From Bacteroidales bacterium (lineage in GTDB: Bacteria > Bacteroidota > Bacteroidia > Bacteroidales > ML635J-15): a stretch of DNA of 64,000 nucleotides. Shown piece by piece: positions 43,101 through 50,990 of the stretch; within the stretch, counting starts at the first letter, position 1, and each line of letters opens with the position of its first letter. A program made the translations under genes and the position numbers. The stretch lies in NCBI GenBank assembly GCA_035343375.1, contig DAOQYW010000001.1, positions 28,695-92,694 on the forward strand, written 5' to 3'. Below the pieces are notes generated by a model that saw nothing but the letters and a program-made list of their open reading frames with translations, ran no database searches and was not told where the DNA came from.

Positions 43101-43504
43101 TTAATTATCATTGTGCTGCTTGTCGGATTTTTTCTGTAAAGACTAACCTCATCAGCAGTATTCCCAATTTTAACAAAATATCCATTTGTAGCAGAAGATA
43201 AATCAGAGTTATTCGATGTAAGATAAATCTCACAATAGTTCGTTGATGAAGGGTTAAACTGAAGCTTTACTAAAAATTCCCAACTTGCATCATTAATTGC
43301 ACCACAACTGGTAGAAAGATACGATGTCCCATCTGCCTGTGGGCTTTCGTACAACTGAAGCTGATTTGATGCATCAATTATAAATTTGTCTGTGTTGCCA
43401 GACCATGCAGGATCAGAAGTAAAATTTCCATCACTGAAATCATCACTGAATTGTGCAAAACTTACCAGTGGAAGAAGCGTAAGTATGAAAAGTATTTTTC
43501 TCAT
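40112..43504 (-). CDS. Secreted surface protein with three lamin-tail (LTD) domains and a C-terminal FSP-DNDG-type sorting domain
   Basis: Signal peptide. Three copies of INEI(M/L)..P......E(Y/F)VELYN....DL..W. C-terminal LSPEVFSPDNDGYNDRLAISY (gliding/CHU_C-like). Confidence 0.75.
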   Translation of the reverse strand: MRKILFILTLLPLVSFAQFSDDFSDGNFTSDPAWSGNTDKFIIDASNQLQLYESPQADGTSYLSTSCGAINDASWEFLVKLQFNPSSTNYCEIYLTSNNSDLSSATNGYFVKIGNTADEVSLYRKNPTSSTMIINGTDGRLNTTTVNVRVKVTRDNEGNWSLMSDTLGGTDYYTEGSILDNTYFSSSYFGVKCVYTSTRSQHIFFDDFIITGDPFVDDIQPQLLSSQVLDSQHFLMNFDEELDPVSALDEQNYSVNNGIGNPADVSFYNSDPSKVLLEFSSSFVSGTNYILQYQNIADLSMNPVVPGNIPFSYIDFSAGMIVINEIMADPDPPVGLPNAEYVELYNTSDYTVDLTDWVYTIGTTSKTLTSYQLEAGEYLILCHTNYVSEFENFGNTLGIASFPLITNGGQTIVLKDNEGQEIDRVTYSDTWYQDANKKNGGWSLEKIDPVNTCSPQTNWIASNDEFGGTPGTINSVYAINSDTLAPEVLSVSITAGNEITIIFSESVDTLSSLVLTNYDVIPDFGNPFYAVTNPLNETAVILQFPSSFNENLNYSITISNVKDWCGNIMTEQSVNFILYNPADYDVIITEIMADPDPVVLLPDVEYIELFNRTEYDLDLANWTISAGTTTRTLPYCMIPEGGYLVLCHESNQEMFDEMLNVVGVESFPALTNGGATLILRDKNSNVIHTVTYSDTWYQDNFKKNGGYSLEMIDLNNVCEGKENWRASNNILGGTPGIVNSINGSNPDITLPYPIAAEAIMPDTLIVYFSEILKSEFANDVLNFEVEEFGHPIWISASEPNFSTITMKFDGEFEIGKLYFININDSIRDCAGNKVVVNSSFRFAIADSVVAGDIVINEILFNPLSGGKDFVELYNNSNKILDLKHLWGCNKDEAGNIKDSYVLSNISRLLEPGEYCAVSEDINFLIDNYYVPYLENLYKCGNLPSMADGEGNILITDRFLNEIDMVYYTDDQHYKLLASKDGVSLERINYNRSSADKSNWHSASQTVGFATPGYKNSQFSSEIATETVISLSPEVFSPDNDGYNDRLAISYKLDEPGYTATMAIYSSDGKFVTYILNNQMLAMEGSLFWDGFDSGNNICPAGIYILYVEMFNLTGNKIVEKHAIVLSKMVY

Positions 43505-43692
43505 ATTATAAATTTATTTTAATCCCTTAAGTCTCAAGTTACCTTATTCTAGCCTTGAACTATTTAATTAATTTGTCCACTCAAAACTTTTGGCTAATAA
43601 CATTGTAAAAATACCTTAAATTATTTTATTATTTCTATTTTGGATAAAGATTAGTTTAAAAATTATATTTTTACACAAAAAACATAAGTTGT

Positions 43693-44685
43693 ATGAAACT
43701 AGCAATCGTAGGTGTTACAGGAATGGTTGGAACTGCAATATTAAAAGTTCTGGAAGAGCGTAATTTTATTCCTGATGAGTTAATTCCTGTTGCTTCAAAT
43801 ACTTCGTCAGGCAAAAAAATTGTTTTTAATTCAAAAGAATATACTGTAAAAACTATTAATGAGGCATTGAAAGAAAAACCTGACATTGCAATATTTTCTG
43901 CAGGGAAAAGTGTTTCATTGGAATATGCTCCTCTATTTGCAAAAATCAAAACAAAAGTTATTGACAACTCATCTGCATGGAGAATGTACGATGACATAAA
44001 ACTAATAGTTCCCGAAGTCAACATATCAATACTTAACGAAAATGATTATATAATTGCGAATCCTAATTGTTCAACAATTCCGCTTACTCAAATTTTGTGG
44101 CCATTACATCTTAAATATAAATTAAAAAGGGTAGTTGTTTCAACTTATCAGTCAGTTACAGGTTCGGGATTTAAGGGATATAATCAATTAATGAGTGAAA
44201 GAGCCGGTAAAAAAGTTGAAAATCCTGCATATCCGCATACTATTGATTTAAATTGTATCCCTCATGGTGGCGATTTCCTCGAAAATGGATATACAGAGGA
44301 AGAAATGAAACTAATCAATGAAACACGAAAAATTTTAAATATCAACGATTTAAAAATTACTTGCACTGTTGTTAGGGTTCCTGTATTAGGTGGTCATAGC
44401 GAAAGCGTTAATGTTGAGTTTTTCAAAAAACCGGAAATATCATCTGTAAAAAAGATTATTTCTGCATCAATGGGAGTAATTGTACTTGATAATCCATCTA
44501 AAAATGAATACCCAACACCTTTAATTGCACAGAATAAGAATGAAACTTTTGCTGGAAGAATAAGGCTTGATGAATCGAACGACAAGGCTATAAACTTTTG
44601 GTTAAGTGCCGATAATCTGAGAAAAGGTGCAGCCACAAATGCGATTCAAATTGCAGAATATATTTCAGACAACTTTATTAATTAA
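43693..44685 (+). CDS. asd: Aspartate-semialdehyde dehydrogenase
   Basis: MKLAIVGVTGMVGT (NADP-binding), NPNCSTIP (active-site Cys), and the typical 330-aa length. Confidence 0.9.
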   Translation: MKLAIVGVTGMVGTAILKVLEERNFIPDELIPVASNTSSGKKIVFNSKEYTVKTINEALKEKPDIAIFSAGKSVSLEYAPLFAKIKTKVIDNSSAWRMYDDIKLIVPEVNISILNENDYIIANPNCSTIPLTQILWPLHLKYKLKRVVVSTYQSVTGSGFKGYNQLMSERAGKKVENPAYPHTIDLNCIPHGGDFLENGYTEEEMKLINETRKILNINDLKITCTVVRVPVLGGHSESVNVEFFKKPEISSVKKIISASMGVIVLDNPSKNEYPTPLIAQNKNETFAGRIRLDESNDKAINFWLSADNLRKGAATNAIQIAEYISDNFIN

Positions 44686-45467
44686 TGGTCAGAAGACGTC
44701 GAAAGAAAAAAAGTAGCATTACATTAAAAATAGTGCTAATCATAGCAGCAATTATAGCTGTTTGTGTTTTCTATTCAGACATCATTAATCTCTTCAAGCC
44801 TATCGTTCAAAAAATTGAGAAGTTTTCGAAAATTAAACAAGATCTCAAAGACTATACGGTGTTTGGAATTGATGTTTCAGAGTATCAATCAGACATTGAC
44901 TGGAAAAAGCTATGTGATGAGGATCGTCCCGACTTTATAATAATAAGAGCTACTGCCGGAAAAAATCGCTTAGATAAAAAATTCACTACAAATTGGAAGT
45001 CTGCTAAAGATAATAATGTAATAAGAGGAGCTTATCATTATTATCGTCCGGATGAAAAAAGCAGTGAACAGGCTGAGTTTTTCATAAAAAATGTCACCCT
45101 TGAAACAGGAGACCTCCCACCAATTCTAGATATTGAAAAGTATAGTCGTGTACAGAGCCTAACTAGTTTAAAAACAGGATTACTGAACTGGTTGACAATT
45201 GTTGAAGAGCATTATGGCATAACACCTATTATATATACCTACAACAGATTTTATACAAGTGCAATCGCTGATGATTCGCGTTTTGATAAATACCCCGTAT
45301 GGATAGCGTGGTATAATACCAAAGGCAATCCCTCCGACATTGTAAAAGACTGGGTATTCTGGCAATTCACAGACAAGGGAAGTATCAAAGGGATTCAGGG
45401 AAATGTTGATATAAACGTCTTCAACGGACACGTACAGGATTTGGATGGTTTGAGAAAGAAAGAATAG
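44685..45467 (+). CDS. Membrane-anchored glycoside hydrolase family 25 (lysozyme/muramidase)
   Basis: N-terminal TM anchor. GIDVSEYQSDIDWKKL, FIIIRAT and GAYHYY fit the GH25 signature. Start overlaps the asd stop (TAATG). Confidence 0.8.
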   Translation: MVRRRRKKKSSITLKIVLIIAAIIAVCVFYSDIINLFKPIVQKIEKFSKIKQDLKDYTVFGIDVSEYQSDIDWKKLCDEDRPDFIIIRATAGKNRLDKKFTTNWKSAKDNNVIRGAYHYYRPDEKSSEQAEFFIKNVTLETGDLPPILDIEKYSRVQSLTSLKTGLLNWLTIVEEHYGITPIIYTYNRFYTSAIADDSRFDKYPVWIAWYNTKGNPSDIVKDWVFWQFTDKGSIKGIQGNVDINVFNGHVQDLDGLRKKE

Positions 45468-45655
45468 TAATTATTTAGCTAGCCCGAAATTAAATCGACG
45501 TTAGACTGTATGTAATCATTGTGTTATGTGTTGATAACATGAAAAAGGAATGCTTAATATTTGTTCCCAAAATTAACATTTCAGACCCCATATAAATAAT
45601 GGAAAAAGACTGTCTAAATGCGATAAAAAAGTAATTTTGTATAAATTTATAAAAA

Positions 45656-47071
45656 ATGAAAGACTTAAGACTTGTTTTATTATTTATTTCAATATTTATA
45701 ATTGTTGTATCAAAGCACATTTATTGTCAGCAGAATACTAACTGTAATTTAACAGATGACCAAAAAATATTAGGTCTATCATTGATTTGGAAAGAAGCCA
45801 CATACAATTTTCCTTACTTTGATCGCCTTGAAATTGATTGGACGAACACTTATCAAAACTATATCCCAAAAGTGATTGAAACAAAATCGGATTTGGAGTA
45901 TTATCTAGTTTTGCAAGAATTTATTTCACAGCTTAAAGATGAGCACACAAAAATCTTAATGCCATATACAATAGAGAACGAATTAAAAAGCAAAAGTACT
46001 TTACCAGTATTTGACATAGTTTGCTTGAAAGACGGTGTCTATATAACTGCAATAAAACCTGTGGTTAGCGATACTGTTCCTTTAGGTAGTGAAGTAATTG
46101 AAATAAATGAAGTGCCAATTTATGATTATTTGAATAATAATTTTTCAATATTTTTAAATTCCAATTTTTCTCAAAGTAAACGTAGGTTATTCACAAGTTA
46201 CTTCAGCGTCTATAATACTACTGTAATTGAAAGTATGACTATTAAAACTACTGATGGAGAAATAAAAACTGTAGAGGTCAACAATACAAACTCCGAGCAA
46301 TATAGTTATAATTCAATATCTTCATATTACCGTAAAATATACATGCCAGCAAATTCAATTTCATCGAAAGTCCTTGATGAAAATATTTTATACATTGACA
46401 TTGCTGGTGCAATGAATTATAATGTTGTTTCATATTTTGATTCGATTTATAATGAAATAAATTCATCAGAAGGGATTATCATAGATCTAAGAAATAATAC
46501 AGGGGGCACAAGTATTGGGTCAGATATTGCATGTTATTTTACGGAACAAGATACAATTTTCCAGTATGTAAAAACAAGAATTAATAATGCAAATATGCGT
46601 GCTTTAGGAGCATATACTGATTCTTCATTTAGTCACATTGTTGGTTCAACAAGACACTTTGAATATTCTGATTATTATAATGATGAAGCATTTATCACAG
46701 ACACATTTGTTACAATTAACAACATCCCAAAAGATAGAAGAACTTTAAATAAAAACATTGTTATTTTGCTAGACAGTAAAAATCTTTCGGCTACCGAAAA
46801 TTTTTTAATGGTTTTCAAAGAATTAGGATTAGCAACATTTGTCGGAGAGCCTTCAGGAGGGAGCTGTTCTCAGCCACTTCTAATTAAATTGCCAGGTGGA
46901 GGTGTCGGATTTATTGCAACTCAAAAAACTTATGTCGGGGCAAATACTGAATTTAAATATTTAGTTCCTGATATTGAAGTTTATTATAGTATAGAAGACT
47001 TTTTAAGTGATAAAGATCCTATTCTAGACAAAGGATATAGCGTATTGAAAATGTTATTGAATCAACAATAA
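45656..47071 (+). CDS. Secreted S41-family (tail-specific protease-like) peptidase
   Basis: Signal peptide. IIDLRNNTGGTS and LLDSKNLSATENF...FVGEPSGG resemble the S41 Ser/Lys catalytic region. Confidence 0.7.
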   Translation: MKDLRLVLLFISIFIIVVSKHIYCQQNTNCNLTDDQKILGLSLIWKEATYNFPYFDRLEIDWTNTYQNYIPKVIETKSDLEYYLVLQEFISQLKDEHTKILMPYTIENELKSKSTLPVFDIVCLKDGVYITAIKPVVSDTVPLGSEVIEINEVPIYDYLNNNFSIFLNSNFSQSKRRLFTSYFSVYNTTVIESMTIKTTDGEIKTVEVNNTNSEQYSYNSISSYYRKIYMPANSISSKVLDENILYIDIAGAMNYNVVSYFDSIYNEINSSEGIIIDLRNNTGGTSIGSDIACYFTEQDTIFQYVKTRINNANMRALGAYTDSSFSHIVGSTRHFEYSDYYNDEAFITDTFVTINNIPKDRRTLNKNIVILLDSKNLSATENFLMVFKELGLATFVGEPSGGSCSQPLLIKLPGGGVGFIATQKTYVGANTEFKYLVPDIEVYYSIEDFLSDKDPILDKGYSVLKMLLNQQ

Positions 47072-47092
47072 TGATTTGAGATTCTTTATAAC

Positions 47093-47272
47093 TTCCCCTT
47101 TTACACTCAACTCGACGCCATGGATTGCGGTGCAATCCCGACAAATCGGGACAGGCTATGTTTACGCATGATTGCCAAGTTATACGGTCGTTCATACACA
47201 GCACAAACTTTGCTACAACGGTCATATATTTCACGTGAGGGGGTTTCGTTAGTGGAAATAAGCGATGCTTAA
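47093..47272 (+). pseudogene. N-terminal fragment (~60 codons) of a C39-peptidase-domain bacteriocin/peptide ABC exporter
   Basis: My translation is FPFYTQLDAMDCGAIPTNRDRLCLRMIAKLYGRSYTAQTLLQRSYISREGVSLVEISDA*. It matches the conserved N-terminus of C39 ABC transporters (FPFY.Q.D.MDCG...CLRMIAK.YGR.....L........GVS...ISDA). There is no start codon, a 7-8 aa insertion after DCG, and a stop after ~60 codons. No transporter body follows. Confidence 0.7.
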
Positions 47273-47303
47273 GAATGTCTGTCTTTTAGAGTGATGCTTC
47301 GGG

Positions 47304-47395
47304 CCTTCACGCCCCTTGCATCCCTAAAGGGACGCCTACGCACAATTCACAGGCGGGCTGGCACCCTTTAGGGTTTTTAGGGGCAGGGCTGGCAA
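47304..47395. repeat. Left copy of ~90-nt GC-rich direct repeat flanking the DUF559 gene
   Basis: CCTTCACGCCCCTTGCATCCCTAAAG...GGCTGGCAA. The first ~28 nt are nearly identical to 47885.. and the rest is recognisably homologous. Contains CCCTAAAGGG (47322-47331), complementary to CCCTTTAGGG (47364-47373). Confidence 0.75.
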
Positions 47396-47457
47396 AAAAA
47401 CAATAGAAAATATTACTATTAGTAATTCTCAAAACAAAATACTTATTTTGTACTAAA

Positions 47458-47871
47458 ATGCTTTTTAGTATGCAATACAGTAATGAATTACATAAAGTCA
47501 CAATGTTCTACGGAGCAAGCTCATTAATAATGGATAGAGCAAAACAACTCAGAAGAAGAATGACTGAGCCTGAAGAAATTGTTTGGGAGATAGTTCGAGA
47601 AAATGCAATTTTAAGATTAAAATTTCGACGACAACACCCGATTAGTAATTATATAGCTGACTTTTATTGTCATAAAATCAAATTGGTCATTGAAATTGAC
47701 GGTGAAACGCATAATCAAGAATCTGCAAAATTATACGACGAACATAGAACCAATGTAATGAATAGTTTCGGCATAGAAGTGATTAGATTTACTAATAATG
47801 AAATTCTCTCAGATATCTCATTTGTTAGGAAAACTATTGAAAGAAAATGCAATGAATTATTGAGAGGCTAA
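47458..47871 (+). CDS. DUF559 (Vsr-like / restriction-endonuclease-fold) domain protein
   Basis: AKQLRRRMTEPEEIVWEIVR...FRRQHPISNYIADFYCHKIKLVIEIDGETH...VIRFTNNEI is the DUF559 pattern. The true start is possibly an internal Met (47503 or 47530). Confidence 0.8.
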   Translation: MLFSMQYSNELHKVTMFYGASSLIMDRAKQLRRRMTEPEEIVWEIVRENAILRLKFRRQHPISNYIADFYCHKIKLVIEIDGETHNQESAKLYDEHRTNVMNSFGIEVIRFTNNEILSDISFVRKTIERKCNELLRG

Positions 47872-47884
47872 ATAAAACCTTTGA

Positions 47885-47974
47885 CCTTCACGCCCCTTGC
47901 ATCACTAAAGAAAAGCCAAACACACGATTAACTTTGGTCCGACTCCTTTTGTGGATTTAGTGGCACACTGGCAA
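47885..47974. repeat. Right copy of the GC-rich direct repeat flanking the DUF559 gene
   Basis: CCTTCACGCCCCTTGCATCACTAAAG...CACTGGCAAG, same orientation as 47304..47395. Ends 9 nt before the AEC transporter stop. Confidence 0.75.
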
Positions 47975-47982
47975 GAATGAAA

Positions 47983-48930
47983 TTACAAATAAAGATTCAA
48001 TACCCAATAAATCAAAGGTAAAGTAATAATTGCCAAAACCGAACTTACAAGTATATTCTCAACTGCCTGTTTTGCATTAAGTCCGAACTCTGCTGCTAAA
48101 ATAGAAATGATTATCATACAAGGCATCCCCGCCTGAAGAACTGAGCACATCAATGCCTTGTCTGATATATTTAATCCTGCTTTCTTAATTAAAATCAATA
48201 CAAACATTAAAACTATCGGGGCAAACAACAATTTATTAAAACTTAAAATATATGATCGAAGATTTTGAATTAATGGTTTAAATTTAATCTGAGCTAGAAC
48301 TACACCCACATAAATCATTGATAAATAAATAGTTGTGTGCCCTAATCCAAATAATGGTTTAAATGCTACTTCAGGAATTTTAATTTTGAACAACATAAAA
48401 ATTACTCCGACAACAAATGCCACGGTTGCAGGATTAATTAAGTGATTGCCTTTACGCTCCGTTTGCTTGTTTGCTCCTTTCTTCAAAATAAATATTCCCC
48501 AGGTCCATAACAATGCGTCGTTTCCTATTTGAAATATTGTCGCATAAATCAGCCCTTCACCTCCGGGAAATAATGCGTCCAAAAGAGGAAAACCTAAAAA
48601 TACCACATTACCAAACATAGTATGAGCATTGTGTAAGGCTGTATTTTCTCTATCTAATCGTAAAATCTTTGCTGTTACTTTACTCAATAAAAACAAAATA
48701 CTAACTGTAAAAATTGCTGAAGCAAAAACAACAGGAAAATTTATCAAAATTTCATCTGTTAACTTTGTCCCTGCAAAACTTGTAAAAACTAAGAGAGGCA
48801 ATGTTATTTTCATTATTACCTTTACCAGACCTTCCGCATTGCTTACTGTAACTGCTTTAAGCTTGAATGCAATTATTCCTGCAAAACAAACTAGTGATAA
48901 TACTAATATCTGTTCAAGAATTATTTCCAT
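47983..48930 (-). CDS. AEC (auxin efflux carrier) family membrane transporter
   Basis: 315 aa and about 10 TM segments in two homologous halves. Composition and length are typical of AEC/membrane transport protein family members. Assignment is by overall pattern only. Confidence 0.65.
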   Translation of the reverse strand: MEIILEQILVLSLVCFAGIIAFKLKAVTVSNAEGLVKVIMKITLPLLVFTSFAGTKLTDEILINFPVVFASAIFTVSILFLLSKVTAKILRLDRENTALHNAHTMFGNVVFLGFPLLDALFPGGEGLIYATIFQIGNDALLWTWGIFILKKGANKQTERKGNHLINPATVAFVVGVIFMLFKIKIPEVAFKPLFGLGHTTIYLSMIYVGVVLAQIKFKPLIQNLRSYILSFNKLLFAPIVLMFVLILIKKAGLNISDKALMCSVLQAGMPCMIIISILAAEFGLNAKQAVENILVSSVLAIITLPLIYWVLNLYL

Positions 48931-49122
48931 GCCTCAAAAATAGTGTTTTTTGTAAACATGATAATGCAAAATTTGCCAATTCTTGTATCCAACAACTCTA
49001 ATGCAATTTCAAAACGTCGTAATATGACGATCTTTCATAAATATTATCAACTTAAAAATGTTAATATTTATAAGTCCCCAACTGTATTTTGTGTGTTTTA
49101 AAACTATAATTTTGCAGCTATT

Positions 49123-50970
49123 ATGGAAAAGATTGAAGAAATGGTGGCAAATTATTCTGAAGAAAGCATACAAACCCTTGAATGGGAAGAACATATAAGA
49201 AGGCGCCCCGGCATGTACATTGGCAAGCTTGGAGACGGCAAATCCCGTGATGATGGAATTTACATTCTTATCAAAGAAGTTATTGACAACTCCATTGATG
49301 AATTTGCAATGGGTTTCGGTAAAAACATTGATATTAAGCTCGAAGGCATGACTATGTCAATCCGTGATTACGGCAGAGGCATTCCTCAGGGAAAGCTTGT
49401 TGACGTAGTGTCAAAAATGAACACAGGGGCAAAATACGATTCGAAAGTTTTTCAAAAATCAGTAGGCCTTAACGGGGTAGGTGTAAAAGCAGTAAATGCG
49501 TTATCGTCATCCTTTAAAATCTCATCTTATAGAGACGGAAAGAAAAAAACTGCTGAATTTAGCGGTGGCAAACTGCTATCAGAAACTCCTTTAGTTGACA
49601 CCTCTTCACCTAACGGAACACTGGTTGTTTTTACTCCTGACGAAGAAGTTTTTGGAAAATACAAATACATTAGCGAGTATATTGATACCATGCTGAGAAA
49701 TTATTCTTACCTGAATACTGGTCTGTCAATAAATTTCAACGGCACAAAATTCAGTTCGAAAAACGGATTACTCGATTTATTAAACGAAAATCTGAATCAG
49801 GAACCACTATATCCTCCAATTCATCTTAAAGACAACGATTTTGAAATAGCTATTACCCACGGCGATCAGTACAGTGAAGAATATTATTCATTTGTAAACG
49901 GACAACATACAACACAGGGTGGAACACATCTTACAATATTTCGTGAAGCTTATATTAAAACAATAAGAGATTTTTACCGCAAAGATTATGATGCTTCAGA
50001 TATCAGACAAAGTATAATTGCAGCAATAAGCATAAGGATTGTTGAACCTGTTTTTGAATCACAGACTAAAACCAAGCTGGGATCAAAAGATATGGAACCC
50101 AACGGAACTTCTATCAGGAACTACATCTTTGATTTTATGAAGAAACTTGACGATTTCTTACATAAAAATCCACAATATGCCGATGTTCTGCAGAAAAAAA
50201 TTCAATCTTCCGAAAAGGAACGAAAAGCCATAGCCGGAATTCAAAAAATAGCACGCGAAAGAGCAAAAAAGGTTAGCCTGCATAACAAAAAACTGCGTGA
50301 TTGTCGTATCCATTACAACAGTAATGATGAAAAACGTTACGAATCCACTATTTTCATTACCGAAGGAGATTCTGCCAGCGGGTCTATCACTAAATCGCGT
50401 AACGTAAACACTCAGGCTGTTTTCAGTCTAAGAGGTAAGCCGTTAAATTCATACGGACTGACAAAAAAAATAGTTTATGAAAATGAAGAATTCAATCTTC
50501 TGCAGGCAGCTTTGAATATTGAAGAAGGTGTTGAAAACATAAGATATAGAAATGTTGTTATTGCGACTGATGCTGATGTTGACGGAATGCACATAAGATT
50601 ACTATTGATTACATTTTTTCTGCAATTCTTTCCCGACATTCTTAAGCAAGGACATTTGTTTATTCTGCAAACGCCATTATTCAGAGTGCGTAACAAACAA
50701 GAGACTATTTATTGCTATGATGAATCTGAAAAGGAAGCAGCTATTAAAAAATTGAAAAACAATCCCGAAATTACACGTTTTAAAGGTTTGGGTGAAATAT
50801 CACCTGATGAGTTTAAAAATTTTATCGGCAAAGACATAAAACTTGACCCTGTTACGCTTTCACAAGCTGATCATATTGGCAGTCTTTTGGAATTTTTCAT
50901 GGGTAAAAACACTCCCGAACGACAGGATTTTATCATAAGTAATCTAAGAATTGAAGAAGATGTGTTGTAA
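49123..50970 (+). CDS. parE: Type IIA topoisomerase B subunit (topoisomerase IV ParE-type)
   Basis: GHKL ATPase motifs ([23 protein letters not shown]), Toprim (EGDSA, DADVDG) and a short 615-aa form, followed directly by the A subunit. Confidence 0.85.
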   Translation: MEKIEEMVANYSEESIQTLEWEEHIRRRPGMYIGKLGDGKSRDDGIYILIKEVIDNSIDEFAMGFGKNIDIKLEGMTMSIRDYGRGIPQGKLVDVVSKMNTGAKYDSKVFQKSVGLNGVGVKAVNALSSSFKISSYRDGKKKTAEFSGGKLLSETPLVDTSSPNGTLVVFTPDEEVFGKYKYISEYIDTMLRNYSYLNTGLSINFNGTKFSSKNGLLDLLNENLNQEPLYPPIHLKDNDFEIAITHGDQYSEEYYSFVNGQHTTQGGTHLTIFREAYIKTIRDFYRKDYDASDIRQSIIAAISIRIVEPVFESQTKTKLGSKDMEPNGTSIRNYIFDFMKKLDDFLHKNPQYADVLQKKIQSSEKERKAIAGIQKIARERAKKVSLHNKKLRDCRIHYNSNDEKRYESTIFITEGDSASGSITKSRNVNTQAVFSLRGKPLNSYGLTKKIVYENEEFNLLQAALNIEEGVENIRYRNVVIATDADVDGMHIRLLLITFFLQFFPDILKQGHLFILQTPLFRVRNKQETIYCYDESEKEAAIKKLKNNPEITRFKGLGEISPDEFKNFIGKDIKLDPVTLSQADHIGSLLEFFMGKNTPERQDFIISNLRIEEDVL

Positions 50971-50990
50971 GTGATTTTTATTGACAGATT

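Noticed and set aside
47019-47234. 71-aa minus-strand ORF
   Set aside because: It is antisense to the plus-strand frame that gives a clear C39-peptidase N-terminal match, so the plus-strand pseudogene reading explains the region better.
47307-47501. 64-aa minus-strand ORF ending ...ASPAPKNPKGCQPACELCVGVPLGMQGA
   Set aside because: Its C-terminal half is simply the GC-rich repeat read in frame, and the same repeat recurs non-coding at 47885-47974.
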